DNA from: a virus
Virus record (IMG/VR): IMGVR_UViG_3300020538_000003
Coordinates: 32,065-96,064 of that record
Reading direction: 5' to 3' (one strand)
DNA length: 64,000 nucleotides
A program made the position numbers and the translations under genes. This document shows positions 47,731-58,082 of the stretch, in pieces; position 1 is the stretch's first letter, and each line of letters starts with the position of its first letter. The notes under the pieces were generated by a model. The model was not told where the DNA came from. It made no database searches and worked only from the letters and a program-made list of their open reading frames with translations.

Positions 47731-48609
47731 TTAAATTCTTGGGAATCTATAAGTTGATAAATCAAAATCTAAAAATCCAATTAAAAAGTTTTTATTTAAA
47801 TTTTTTCTAACACTTTCTGAAATCACCTTCGATGCTGTTACATTAGTAATTAGTGATTTATTTTGCGAAATATTTGGTTGAATATTTTTTAAATTTATAT
47901 ATTGATATGGGAATGTTTTCGTTGAGAAGAAGGCTCCATATGGGAATTGTTCATATGGTATGTGAACAACCATACTTCTAACAGTATCTCTGAAAGCTGA
48001 TAAGATAGCATCTAGCGTATAATTATCGCTAGTCAAAACTGTAACTCTAATCCTTGTTTGCGTATCTTCTTGTCCACCAAAACTAAATTCTTTATTTTCC
48101 GCAGATGCAAGAGAAATAAAACATGCTGGTAGAAAATAAGTTTTTTCGTCTAATTTTTCCGTTTTATTATAAAAATATGGGTTATTTTGACCCAATTCTA
48201 AAAAATCTCCATGTAATATAAGCTCCTCTTCATCTTCATTAGTAATATATGTATTTACTTCTTTTACAGTTGAATTAGACGTAATGGTTAAATTTTTTCC
48301 AGAAGCTTCAGGAAGAATTACTCTTCCATTTTCATAATCTATATAAATATTAGATAAATTAGTATCTCCAGTAACAAAATTAGAATTAATAAAAATACCT
48401 GAGTTAGGATTTTCAATAGAATGTTCCGCAACCAATTGTCTAAATTGACCTTGATATCCGATATATCCACTTGGAATATCATGAAAATCTATATACTTAT
48501 AAGTATTATTTAAATTGGAATTATAAGCCTTGACTTTAGGACCAACTAAATGGTTTTCGAACCATAAATAAAAACTTGATAAAATATTATGATCAAATTG
48601 TGTTATCAT
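47731..48609 (-). CDS. Tail terminator/neck protein
   Basis: Position; LPACFIS...F.FGG.......IRV.V is terminator-like. Confidence 0.6.
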   Translation of the reverse strand: MITQFDHNILSSFYLWFENHLVGPKVKAYNSNLNNTYKYIDFHDIPSGYIGYQGQFRQLVAEHSIENPNSGIFINSNFVTGDTNLSNIYIDYENGRVILPEASGKNLTITSNSTVKEVNTYITNEDEEELILHGDFLELGQNNPYFYNKTEKLDEKTYFLPACFISLASAENKEFSFGGQEDTQTRIRVTVLTSDNYTLDAILSAFRDTVRSMVVHIPYEQFPYGAFFSTKTFPYQYINLKNIQPNISQNKSLITNVTASKVISESVRKNLNKNFLIGFLDFDLSTYRFPRI

Positions 48610-49232
48610 TTAATTTCACTAATTTTATTTTTAAAATCACTCAATATTTTAGATAAATATGGAGTATTTCTAAGCTTTACACTAGAAGTTCTTTTTTTAA
48701 CTTGTATACCTGTTCCAGAGTTCGATTCATCAAATCCAACACTTGAATATAAATACCTACCTAATCCACTTATTCCCTTTTCTATTCCATCAACCCAGCT
48801 TCTGCCCGATAGCCATGGTATTGGTGATGCTGCGTAAATTTGTTCTTTTGTTGGCGCTTTTATTGTAATTATAAATTTTCCATCACTGCCAGATTTCTTT
48901 ACAGTTGTTGTTGTTGTTTTATTTATAATAGTGGAAATTATTTGTATTGGAGAATCTCCTGAAGAAAAACCAATAAATGAAAATAAATTTCCATAACCAC
49001 CAAGAAGTCCACTTGAATTTGCGGAATTGGGTCCAGAACTTATTTCTTTTGTAACTGGATGTGATTCAAAGTCTTGAATCATTTTTTTATGAGCCTCTTG
49101 AACTTTTGGCTCTACATATTGTTGAATTAATGAACTCAATTCGTTTCCATTTTTTTCAACGACTTCTCTCAATAATTGTTTTGCATTTATCTTAACAGCA
49201 AATTTTGACGAACTAATGAAATTAGTTTTCAC
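48606..49232 (-). CDS. Neck/tail completion protein (HK97 gp10-like)
   Basis: GNLFS.I, W...IEKG, PYL; position. Confidence 0.55.
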   Translation of the reverse strand: MKTNFISSSKFAVKINAKQLLREVVEKNGNELSSLIQQYVEPKVQEAHKKMIQDFESHPVTKEISSGPNSANSSGLLGGYGNLFSFIGFSSGDSPIQIISTIINKTTTTTVKKSGSDGKFIITIKAPTKEQIYAASPIPWLSGRSWVDGIEKGISGLGRYLYSSVGFDESNSGTGIQVKKRTSSVKLRNTPYLSKILSDFKNKISEIK

Positions 49233-49668
49233 GTTTTAAATATAATGTATAAAAATTTTGTGAAATTTGATCTTCAATTTTAAAATCAGAATCCAACACA
49301 TATAGATTGTCGTCTATTTCAATTTTGGAGCAAATTTTTATTTTTTCGACAGCTTCTAGTTTAACTTTTATTCTAACTCTTCCCTCAGAAGCAATTAAAT
49401 TTGTTTGAGCATTGAAATCTGAAATTGATTGATTTTGTGATGATGGATAATAAATTCTCGCCTTATATTGGTATTTTGTTAATACTTTATTCAACTGGCT
49501 ATTAGATTGATTTTTTACTCTACCATATAAAGCGTTGTAATTTAAATTTATTGGCATAGATTGCACCTCTTCAACATAAACATAAATATCTCTAGCAAAG
49601 GTATCATGCATGTTATTTAATGCTTGATCAAAAGCGTTTTTTTGAGAAGGTGTTATGAATGACGGCAT
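49222..49668 (-). CDS. Head closure (stopper) protein
   Basis: Synteny; small beta protein ending LYLKREN. Confidence 0.55.
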   Translation of the reverse strand: MPSFITPSQKNAFDQALNNMHDTFARDIYVYVEEVQSMPINLNYNALYGRVKNQSNSQLNKVLTKYQYKARIYYPSSQNQSISDFNAQTNLIASEGRVRIKVKLEAVEKIKICSKIEIDDNLYVLDSDFKIEDQISQNFYTLYLKREN

Positions 49669-50192
49669 TATAATGATCTCCTATAAGAATTGTCTCTATA
49701 GTAATCGAATCCATTAATTGGAACAGTACCGTCTATTCCAGCAACTTGGCCAGGTGAAGATTGATTCATATTGTATTGATAAAGAAGGTCTGATAGTTTT
49801 TTTTCTGCTTGTTTTACAAACGAAGAGAACTCACTAGAAATACTCGCCTTGCTTTGTCTTTGGATTGTCGTATCTCCTTCTTTAATCATTATCCAATCTC
49901 CAGCCGAGTCTGAAGATGTTGGATATACCAATGATCTTAAAACTTCTCTACTAGCCTTTTCGTAATAATGGATTTCATATAATGTAGAAAAAATATGAGA
50001 TTCTTCTTTCGTCAGATTTCTTGGTTGAAAGCTTCCACTTTCATCTAAATAAAAATCTTGATGAAGATACGTGTTTAATTCGCCAATATGAGCGTCAAGC
50101 CAACCAGAAATATATGAAATTGGGAAACGACTTGCGTCTTCTTTAAATTCATATTTAATTATACTATAAGCTAAATTACCAAGATCGTTCAT
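49668..50192 (-). CDS. Head-tail adaptor protein
   Basis: Synteny; helical with an IKEGDTTI hairpin. Confidence 0.55.
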   Translation of the reverse strand: MNDLGNLAYSIIKYEFKEDASRFPISYISGWLDAHIGELNTYLHQDFYLDESGSFQPRNLTKEESHIFSTLYEIHYYEKASREVLRSLVYPTSSDSAGDWIMIKEGDTTIQRQSKASISSEFSSFVKQAEKKLSDLLYQYNMNQSSPGQVAGIDGTVPINGFDYYRDNSYRRSL

Positions 50193-50626
50193 TAAATACC
50201 CTCTTTAAAGAGTCTTACAACAGATTCGTAATTTGGGGAACTTGGATCTATGACTGGTCGAGCAGCAACAGAAGATCCTATGTTGTGTTGTCTGATATAA
50301 ATTTCCAAAGATCTTTTTAAATTTTTCTTTAATTCTATGTTGTTTCTTGCTGGTGGTATTCCAACTCTTATAGCTAAATTTTGAAGATCAGTTAATGTCA
50401 TTGAATCTATTCTTTCAGCAAAAATTTCCTGATTTAATGTGCCGTAAGGATTAACGTCCTTAACACCAAGCAATTCCTCTAAATCACGCAAATGTTGAAT
50501 GTCCTGTTCTTTTCTACTCTTACCGTCAACAATGTCAAATTCTTCAAGATGAGTGGTATCAAAATATTTTTTTGGATCTTCGTTTTTAAATTGTGAGATT
50601 TTTTTATCGTATTCTTGTGGATTCAT
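50192..50626 (-). CDS. Hypothetical protein after the capsid gene (HeH/Rho-N-like)
   Basis: Start trimmed to MNPQEY; MTLTDLQNLAIRVGI...ELKKNL. Confidence 0.6.
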   Translation of the reverse strand: MNPQEYDKKISQFKNEDPKKYFDTTHLEEFDIVDGKSRKEQDIQHLRDLEELLGVKDVNPYGTLNQEIFAERIDSMTLTDLQNLAIRVGIPPARNNIELKKNLKRSLEIYIRQHNIGSSVAARPVIDPSSPNYESVVRLFKEGI

Positions 50627-50658
50627 ATTATATAATAATATTTTTTTTAAAAAAATCA

Positions 50659-50694
50659 AAAAAAAAGAGCCACCCAATTAAGGGTGACTCTTTT
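50659..50694 (-). terminator. Intrinsic terminator after the major capsid gene
   Basis: AAAAGAGTCACCC-TTAATT-GGGTGGCTC followed by a long T tract. Confidence 0.88.
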
Positions 50695-50707
50695 AATTTT
50701 TTTTACA

Positions 50708-51844
50708 TTAAACGTAAATTCCAACAAGAGCGCGATCATCAAGAACAACGCGACCCTCTTCAAGACGGCCATAGTAACCAATCTTATTTTGACGAAGAGA
50801 GAATTGATCATCAACCGCTACTGTAAGCTCATTTGAACTTCCTTCTTCAAGAAGAACTGGACGAATAAGAGCATCACGGGAACGGTCAACACCAATAAGA
50901 ATTTCGTCATCAGTTTGCGACCAATTAGTAAGGGTGACGCTATTAGCTGAACGAACTGCATCAAAAATCTTATTGAAGCGTTGGTTGATACCCATTTCAA
51001 GCACTTCAATGATATTGATGCCATAGAAGCTTGGAAGGCCAGCTGCACTGTAGAGTTGCTCACGAAGAGAATCTGGAGCAGCAAGTGAAGTAGCTCCACT
51101 TGTAGTAACAGCTCCACTACGAGTATTTACAGGGTTGTAAGCCATTGCACGAAGCTCTTGAACCATTTCTGGAGAAACAAGAAGATCTGTAACACCAATC
51201 TTTGAACCTCCAACTGGAGTGCCAGCTGAGAAGGAAGCATTGATGCGCTTACTAAGAGTAATCAATCTATTGAAATCATTAAGCGTGAATTGATTAGCGG
51301 TAGTTGCTTCAATAATATGATTGCCTTTTGCCATACTGCCACCAGGAGCTGATTTAGTATTCCCGTTAACAAGAGCTGTTGCAAGAACATTAAACGCTGT
51401 TTTTTCTTGTTTAAGAAGGATTTCTTGAGCCATGCGAGTAAATGTTTTGCTGACAACATCAAGTCTGCTCTTGCGAGCATATTTACGATCAAATGCATAA
51501 GCAGTATCGAGCGTATAAGTGCTGAACTTGAGTTCGTTGTGTGCAGGGAAGACTTGACTATATGGAAGTCCACCAGCAACTTGCTGAGAATAAACCTGAA
51601 TGTAATCTTCGTCTGTGATATCGTGAAATAGATCAAGAGGAAGAGAAGGATTATCGTCAGATTGGTAGGTGAATGTTGAGAATAAACTACCAACGGATTG
51701 AGCGTTGTTAATTACCTCACTAAGCACTGGACCAATAAGAGTTGCAACCGCAGCTTGAGCTTCATAAGCCTCTTCACGATTATTGCTTGCCATAGCCTTA
51801 ACTAATGCAAGTTGTTCGTCTGTTCTTTTAATTGTAATTTTCAT
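50708..51844 (-). CDS. Major capsid protein (HK97 fold)
   Basis: Gene order protease-decoration-capsid; LLVSPE, FYGINI, IGYYGRLEEGRVVLD; biased codons; strong terminator. Confidence 0.88.
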   Translation of the reverse strand: MKITIKRTDEQLALVKAMASNNREEAYEAQAAVATLIGPVLSEVINNAQSVGSLFSTFTYQSDDNPSLPLDLFHDITDEDYIQVYSQQVAGGLPYSQVFPAHNELKFSTYTLDTAYAFDRKYARKSRLDVVSKTFTRMAQEILLKQEKTAFNVLATALVNGNTKSAPGGSMAKGNHIIEATTANQFTLNDFNRLITLSKRINASFSAGTPVGGSKIGVTDLLVSPEMVQELRAMAYNPVNTRSGAVTTSGATSLAAPDSLREQLYSAAGLPSFYGINIIEVLEMGINQRFNKIFDAVRSANSVTLTNWSQTDDEILIGVDRSRDALIRPVLLEEGSSNELTVAVDDQFSLRQNKIGYYGRLEEGRVVLDDRALVGIYV

Positions 51845-51863
51845 TTTCGTGATTTATTAAGAG

Positions 51864-52505
51864 TTAGAGATCAATTTTAACCATTGCGTAATAACCTGTA
51901 AACGCATCGGCATCTTGTGCTGACTCGCGTGTTCCAGTTGCTAAAACAACTCCGACTTTACAGTTCATATAAGCTTGCTTATCTGCAGTTCTGATGCCCG
52001 TAAAAGCTCCGTCAACACTTGGAACAATCCAATCACCAACTGCTGGACGGTGTGCGCCACCAAGACCTGCATTGGTAAATGCGGTTTGAGTGAACGTAAG
52101 AACTCCTTTAGTAAGGACTGGAACTGCCTCGCCAGAAAGTACGCACTGAAGCTCTTCTCTCTTCTGAGGATAGTAAAGAAGATTTTCACCGTTTTCGTCA
52201 ACTGCACGTACATCTCTAAGCATAATGCCAAGAGGAGCACCGCTAAAAAAGTCTCCTGTTGATACAACTTTGGATACTTTGTAAGGAACCTCTGGATAAA
52301 GAGATGTTGAGTGAGCTAATGCATTTAAATACCCATAAGCATCGCCACGGGTAACATAGTTAACTGGATCTTGATCAAGGTTAGCGTTGCTGACTTTAAC
52401 GAGTGATCCAGCCGCACCAGTTACTTCGTTTAATGAGTAGAAATTAACTACATCATTTTCGTTGTACTGGCGGAATGGTAATATTCTAGATAATGTATTT
52501 GCCAT
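51864..52505 (-). CDS. Capsid decoration/cement protein
   Basis: Lies between the scaffold and capsid genes; PLGIML, GEAVPVLTKG. Confidence 0.7.
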   Translation of the reverse strand: MANTLSRILPFRQYNENDVVNFYSLNEVTGAAGSLVKVSNANLDQDPVNYVTRGDAYGYLNALAHSTSLYPEVPYKVSKVVSTGDFFSGAPLGIMLRDVRAVDENGENLLYYPQKREELQCVLSGEAVPVLTKGVLTFTQTAFTNAGLGGAHRPAVGDWIVPSVDGAFTGIRTADKQAYMNCKVGVVLATGTRESAQDADAFTGYYAMVKIDL

Positions 52506-52536
52506 AATATTTTGTTTTTAGATTATATTTTATATT

Positions 52537-54114
52537 TTATATTTTAACTTCGACAGAAAAACTGTCTTTCAACTTTTGAATAAGTGAAACTTTTGTAGAA
52601 ATCTCCCCATTGTTATTAGGAATATTTGCTTCAGATTCTTCTACTTCCAAATCTTCTTCTTGCTCTTCTTCAACAATCTTTTCTTCAACTTTTGAAGCGC
52701 TTGAAGTTTCGAGTCTTTTTGTAACTTCTTGTTCAATGCGATTTCTTACCTCTTCTTCCAAAGAGGAAATTGTTGATTTAAGTTTATGAGCGAAAAGAAC
52801 AGAAAGTTTTTCTTTATATTGTTCGAATGAATCTTCTGAGTCTTCAAGTTGTTTTACCTCAGCAACAACAAATTGCATTTCTTTTTCTGAAAAGCTATAT
52901 TGATCCTCCAAGAAGTTCATGCGAGAATTAAATAAATCAGCTGCAGCTTTAATTGCATTTTCTGCTCTTATCTCGTCCAATTCTTTTTTAGCGTCCTCAA
53001 AAGAAGCTTTTAATTGAAGGAGATCGTTTTCAATTTGTTGTTTTGATTCGCGCTCTTGCTGAACTTGAGATTTCCATGAATCTGCTTGTTCTGCTAATGC
53101 ATCCCTCATAATCAAACTAATTGATTTGGCTTGAGACTCTTCAGAACTGATTGAAGCAATGCTTTGCTCTAACTTTTCTAAGAATTGGTCGAATTGTTTG
53201 TCGTTCATATTTAAAATGTTTTTAAATTTTTTAATCTTTACAATGTTTTTATTAATTAGGGAATTTTTTTGTTTATTTTCTTTTGAAGAATTATTTAGTA
53301 ATTCAATATTTGATACACTTTCTTGATTATCGTCGCCATCTTCTTCTTCGCGCTCATCTTCTTCTTCATCTTCCTGTAGTAGATATACGCCAGAAACATT
53401 TGCTGCTGGATTTGTTGTTAATGCCGCCCCAAGTGGATAAACTTCTCCGACAATTAATCGATTTACCATTTGTCCATCTTTATCTAAACCCTTGCCGCCA
53501 AAACCTTTTAAATGTTTTTTCATTTCCTGAGCTTCTGATTCATTTTCAATAATTTTTGAATCTTGCAATCTATCTGATGCTCCGTAAGCTATTTTATAAT
53601 CTTTAAAAGCTAATTCCCAACTTGTTGAAATTGATTGATATTCTTTGTTTTCTTTGTCTGAAGCTTGAATAATTGCATTAGCTAATTCTGGATAAATATT
53701 TTTATAAATTAAACCTGCAGCAGTTATATAATAGGGGTCTTTTCTTTTAGAAAAAGATTGAACGTCATTGTCTTTAAAGTCTAGTTCTTTATCCGAAAAA
53801 GATGCATTTAATATGTGTCCAACAATTTTATTTTTTTTATGCTCAATATTTATTGGTTTATTAGCGAAGCGTTTAACTGCGTTTATTGCTGTTTCGGAAT
53901 CTATACCATCTCCATTAGCATTAAATTTATTAACAACCGCCAGATTAAAAACAACAGGCAATACGTCAATGTTGCTTTTAGCATCAAAAGATTCTGGCAT
54001 CAAAGATTTTGCTTTTTCTATTACGGAACCTTTTGATATACCAAATTTTCCAAATTCATTCTCAGAAATGACTTTTATTGTTCCTTCAAATTTTGTAAGT
54101 AATTCTTCTGACAT
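52537..54114 (-). CDS. Prohead protease fused to a C-terminal scaffold
   Basis: NANGD, KPINIEH, IVGHI, STSWE, GAALTTNPAA.V; acidic linker; coiled-coil C-terminus. Confidence 0.85.
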   Translation of the reverse strand: MSEELLTKFEGTIKVISENEFGKFGISKGSVIEKAKSLMPESFDAKSNIDVLPVVFNLAVVNKFNANGDGIDSETAINAVKRFANKPINIEHKKNKIVGHILNASFSDKELDFKDNDVQSFSKRKDPYYITAAGLIYKNIYPELANAIIQASDKENKEYQSISTSWELAFKDYKIAYGASDRLQDSKIIENESEAQEMKKHLKGFGGKGLDKDGQMVNRLIVGEVYPLGAALTTNPAANVSGVYLLQEDEEEDEREEEDGDDNQESVSNIELLNNSSKENKQKNSLINKNIVKIKKFKNILNMNDKQFDQFLEKLEQSIASISSEESQAKSISLIMRDALAEQADSWKSQVQQERESKQQIENDLLQLKASFEDAKKELDEIRAENAIKAAADLFNSRMNFLEDQYSFSEKEMQFVVAEVKQLEDSEDSFEQYKEKLSVLFAHKLKSTISSLEEEVRNRIEQEVTKRLETSSASKVEEKIVEEEQEEDLEVEESEANIPNNNGEISTKVSLIQKLKDSFSVEVKI

Positions 54115-54122
54115 AATTTTGA

Positions 54123-54128
54123 TTACAC
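54123..54128 (-). promoter_or_regulatory. GTGTAA motif overlapping the portal stop codon, upstream of the protease gene
   Basis: Recurrent motif, 8 nt before the ATG. Confidence 0.5.
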
Positions 54129-56144
54129 TATAATTTTATTTGAGTGATATAAAATTGCGGCAGATAAGTCGTCTAACTGATGCTTTGATGCAATATCTAA
54201 TATTTCTGTTGAAATTCCAAGATCTTGAATTGAATCAAAATCATCAAGTATTGCTGCTAAAGTTAATTCCCATTGATCTTTTTCTTTTGAAACAATAATC
54301 GATTCACAAACGCTAGAAACTAAATCTTTTTTATTATTCTCTAAATCCTCAACTCCATATTTTTCTGCAAATTCTGCGAATGCCTTAAATTCAAATTCAT
54401 TTATTAATTTTGTTGCTTCAATAATGTTTTTTCTAGAAAAAGCGTTTTTAGCCTTACTCGTGCCAATTGGTCTTCCTCCAGAAGGAGCAGATGTAGTAGC
54501 TGTTTTGTTATTAGGCTTAACTGGAGTTTTTTGAATAGTTTCTTTGTTGTTTGTTTTTTGTGGCACAGTATCTAACTCAGCTTCTTGTTTGAGATTAATG
54601 CTGTTAACTAATGGCATATAATAACCATCTTCTCTATTCTTTAAGAATTTTTCTTGAGCAGATATAAGATCATTTTCATTAGGGAAAGAACCGCTGTTAA
54701 TTGTTTTTATTCCTTGTTCTGGAGTAAGAACACCAAGTTCCATCATTCTTGTTACAAGTTTTTGTAAATCAGAGTTATCTAATGTATCTGTTTTAACAAA
54801 TTTTACCATAGGCCAATTCCTCATACCCATAGCCTTACAAAGTCGCTTGACTTCTGGTTGTAAAAACTCTTTAATGAATAAGTCTCTGGCCTCATCTAAT
54901 CTTTGCATGAAAATTTTAAGTTTTAATTGGGTATCTGCATATTTAGATTCGCCAATTAAAATATTTTGAAGTCCTTCTTCTATATCTTTATTCAAAACTT
55001 CATATTTTTCTTTGCCTATAACTTTTCTTAAATCTGGAATGATAAAATCAGCTTTTGTTGTATAGTCAGAAACAAGAACTCTGCCAACACTTTGATTTTT
55101 AAAAATTTGTTGCATTGCTGCAAGATTTCTATGATTAATGCCACCTTTATCTGGTTCAGCTCCCATTGTAACTAACAAAACAACATTCTCAATTGAACGG
55201 GCTATTGCTTGATCAATTTTCTTTAATTCCATTTTTTTATTAATATCATCTAAAACTGGAAAACCCATTGGTATAGAAAGTGGTTCGTAATCTTGTTTTT
55301 TAGAAAAAATAACATGAAGAAAATCAGAATCTAATTTAATATACAAACGTTCAGATGTTGTTGCCACACCAGTTTTAATTCTTACTTGAACATCCTCTGG
55401 AAGAGAGTTAAACATTTCTTTTTCATGCTCTGTTTTTGGCTCTCTTAATCTTGATATTTCATATGGTGTTAATACTTTGAAATATTGATATTGACTAAAA
55501 GATATACTACCCTTAACAGCTATATCAGAAGGGTTAAGCATTAAATAACGAATAGGCACTGGAGTTTTTGTTGTAGTAGCTCCATAAGATTCAAGTATTT
55601 TTTGAGCGTTATCTGTTTTAATCTTTCCGTCTAATCTATACATGAAAACATTTCCTGAGCGATAATATTCTCTAAAATATTGAGCCTTAAGGTCATGCAT
55701 TCTAATTCTTTTAAACCATGCCTCGATAAAGCTTTTTGCTTTTTCTGAACCACCTTCTAAATAAATGTCCGAATCTGCAAATTCTGACATTAAATCTATT
55801 GTTGATTTAAATGATGGAATATTAAAATAAGCTCTTTGACAAAGTTGAATTGCATCTCTAGCATCTACAGAATCGCTAGAATAGTCGTATGGCAACAGAC
55901 CATCATCTATGTTTTTAAATCTTTTCGTTGTATAGCTTGATGTTATAGCGTTTTGTCTAACATCGGTTCTACTTCCAAATGATAATTTATTAACATTTTG
56001 AACTGATTCGTATAAACTTTCACCCACTAAATCTGGCGCAAAACTATCTAAAGGTGTACTGAAATTTTCAATTGAGCTTTCGTTTTTTTCAAATTTTTTC
56101 CAATAATCAGATCTTTTTTTATAACTTCTTCTTTCTTTGCTCAT
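54123..56144 (-). CDS. Portal protein
   Basis: Follows the terminase; AY...P.....IDLMSEF, FREYYRSGNVF, LNP, C-terminal GGRP. Confidence 0.85.
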   Translation of the reverse strand: MSKERRSYKKRSDYWKKFEKNESSIENFSTPLDSFAPDLVGESLYESVQNVNKLSFGSRTDVRQNAITSSYTTKRFKNIDDGLLPYDYSSDSVDARDAIQLCQRAYFNIPSFKSTIDLMSEFADSDIYLEGGSEKAKSFIEAWFKRIRMHDLKAQYFREYYRSGNVFMYRLDGKIKTDNAQKILESYGATTTKTPVPIRYLMLNPSDIAVKGSISFSQYQYFKVLTPYEISRLREPKTEHEKEMFNSLPEDVQVRIKTGVATTSERLYIKLDSDFLHVIFSKKQDYEPLSIPMGFPVLDDINKKMELKKIDQAIARSIENVVLLVTMGAEPDKGGINHRNLAAMQQIFKNQSVGRVLVSDYTTKADFIIPDLRKVIGKEKYEVLNKDIEEGLQNILIGESKYADTQLKLKIFMQRLDEARDLFIKEFLQPEVKRLCKAMGMRNWPMVKFVKTDTLDNSDLQKLVTRMMELGVLTPEQGIKTINSGSFPNENDLISAQEKFLKNREDGYYMPLVNSINLKQEAELDTVPQKTNNKETIQKTPVKPNNKTATTSAPSGGRPIGTSKAKNAFSRKNIIEATKLINEFEFKAFAEFAEKYGVEDLENNKKDLVSSVCESIIVSKEKDQWELTLAAILDDFDSIQDLGISTEILDIASKHQLDDLSAAILYHSNKIIV

Positions 56145-56153
56145 ATGTAATTG

Positions 56154-56159
56154 TTACAC
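56154..56159 (-). promoter_or_regulatory. GTGTAA motif upstream of the portal gene
   Basis: Recurrent motif, 9 nt before the ATG. Confidence 0.55.
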
Positions 56160-56186
56160 TTAACTTTAAAAAGTTACTTTCAACTT

Positions 56187-58082
56187 TCAAATTGAAAATG
56201 GAATAAAAGTATTAAATTCTTTTTTTTCTTCTTTTACGTTGCCAGAGTCGAATAATATTTTTGAAAACCAATTTCCAAGAACTAAAGCTGAATAAGAGTC
56301 TTTTCTAGCTCTATTTGGACCTTTTTGGCGTTTTAAATTTTGTGGAAGTTGAAATGATTGAGTTCCTTGTGGATTCGAAACGACCTCAATGTTGGCGCAT
56401 TCAGATTTTGTTAATTCTATCATTGTTTTTTGATGATCAATAAAATCAATCATTGCCGCCGCTTGTGAAGTTTTTGACAATTTTAAATCCCACTTTAAAT
56501 TTTCTACAGGAATTGTTTTTTTTCTTTGTTCGTCAAAATGTTCGTCAATAGCTCTAGATGCAAACAAGATTCTTTTATGATCAATTGATGCCTGAAGCAT
56601 TTCATTTGCAGATCTAATCCAAGAAGCAGATGGTTTTCTTAAAATACAATATCTTCTTTCTTTTTGGTTATATTGATTTTTAAACATTAATAATTCTTCA
56701 TGATATAATTCTGGTTTATCAAAATCAACTTCAATTGTATTAATTTTTAATGCAGCTTTTTTGAATAATTCACTTTCATTGCATGAATTTATAAATTGAA
56801 CTCCTCCATTATAGTCTCCACATATTCCTACAATATTAAAGTGATTGATCAAATAAAAGAAATAAAACATATGTTCTTTTAAATCAACTCCAGCAATAGC
56901 ATAACTATGAACAAGACATACTTTTTGATCTTCTCTATTTACTTTAAATACTTGTATGGCAAAATGGTCTGCGCTGCTATTTCCAGCCCAGTTGGGGTCA
57001 AATGAAATGATATATTCATCACTAGGATTACCAATAACTTCAACTGCTGGAAAATCTCCATCAGGAATTGTGCAAGCAGCCATTTTAGATAGTCTAAAAT
57101 AACCATCACTTTCATCAACAAATTGCGCTCCGAATTCTCTTTTAAATTGCATTTCACTCATTGTTGCTTTTGCTTGTTTAAGCAAATTTTGATCATACAG
57201 CCTTTGTGGAGCGCAATCATAACTTAATTGCATTATTAAACGATAGGCATTATCACTTAATTCATCTTCATCTTCATTTTCTTGACTAAGATCTTCTCCA
57301 AAAATTAATGATTCGTACTTTTTGTAAAGTTTATACATATATTCAAATTTAAAGGACGGAGATGATAAGATTATCAATTTATTATTGGGCCACACATATC
57401 TTTCATCTTCTTGCATCTCGCCTTTATCGATTATTCTCGATTCTAATTTATGAAGCTCCTCTCTTTCAATGGGGTTTTCAATAACCCCTAAGAATGGAAG
57501 AATAACTTCCGTAAAGATTTTTTCTGGTATAGTTAAGAACTCATCAAGAACTATTCGATTAAATCGAAAACCACGTAAGCGTTCTCCATTAGCTAATGGC
57601 AAAGCAATTGCCCTGCTATTGCCAATAGATAGTGTCCACATATCTGTGCCTTTTGTAATTTTAACACCACAATCTTTTGCTAATTTTGCTTCTGGCTTAG
57701 ACAATATATCTTCCATTTTTTGGAAAATTTGTTTAGACTGCCTAAAACTTCCCGCAATAACACCGATATTAGCTCTTGGATTTAATAAACATTCAAGCAA
57801 TACATAAATTGCAGTAGAATACGTTTTAGACATACCCCGTGAAAACACAAACATTGAATAATCGGAAACCATCATTCCTTTAATTGCCATTGTTTGGAAC
57901 GGAAATAATTTAACTCCTAAAAATAATTCTGCAGTATAAGCAATATTATTTCTTAGAAAACGATATAATTCGTATTTCGCTTCTTCTTCAGATAGATTTC
58001 TATCTATTAATTTTAGATGCTCGTTTAATTGATTAGCCGAATAATCAAGTCGAAATCTTTGTTTTCCTTTTTGCCATGCCAT
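56187..58082 (-). CDS. terL: Terminase large subunit
   Basis: LFPFQ (Q motif), SRGMSKT, RLRG.R....VLDE, LSSP; RNase H domain ISFDP...D...KDSYSA. Confidence 0.92.
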   Translation of the reverse strand: MAWQKGKQRFRLDYSANQLNEHLKLIDRNLSEEEAKYELYRFLRNNIAYTAELFLGVKLFPFQTMAIKGMMVSDYSMFVFSRGMSKTYSTAIYVLLECLLNPRANIGVIAGSFRQSKQIFQKMEDILSKPEAKLAKDCGVKITKGTDMWTLSIGNSRAIALPLANGERLRGFRFNRIVLDEFLTIPEKIFTEVILPFLGVIENPIEREELHKLESRIIDKGEMQEDERYVWPNNKLIILSSPSFKFEYMYKLYKKYESLIFGEDLSQENEDEDELSDNAYRLIMQLSYDCAPQRLYDQNLLKQAKATMSEMQFKREFGAQFVDESDGYFRLSKMAACTIPDGDFPAVEVIGNPSDEYIISFDPNWAGNSSADHFAIQVFKVNREDQKVCLVHSYAIAGVDLKEHMFYFFYLINHFNIVGICGDYNGGVQFINSCNESELFKKAALKINTIEVDFDKPELYHEELLMFKNQYNQKERRYCILRKPSASWIRSANEMLQASIDHKRILFASRAIDEHFDEQRKKTIPVENLKWDLKLSKTSQAAAMIDFIDHQKTMIELTKSECANIEVVSNPQGTQSFQLPQNLKRQKGPNRARKDSYSALVLGNWFSKILFDSGNVKEEKKEFNTFIPFSI

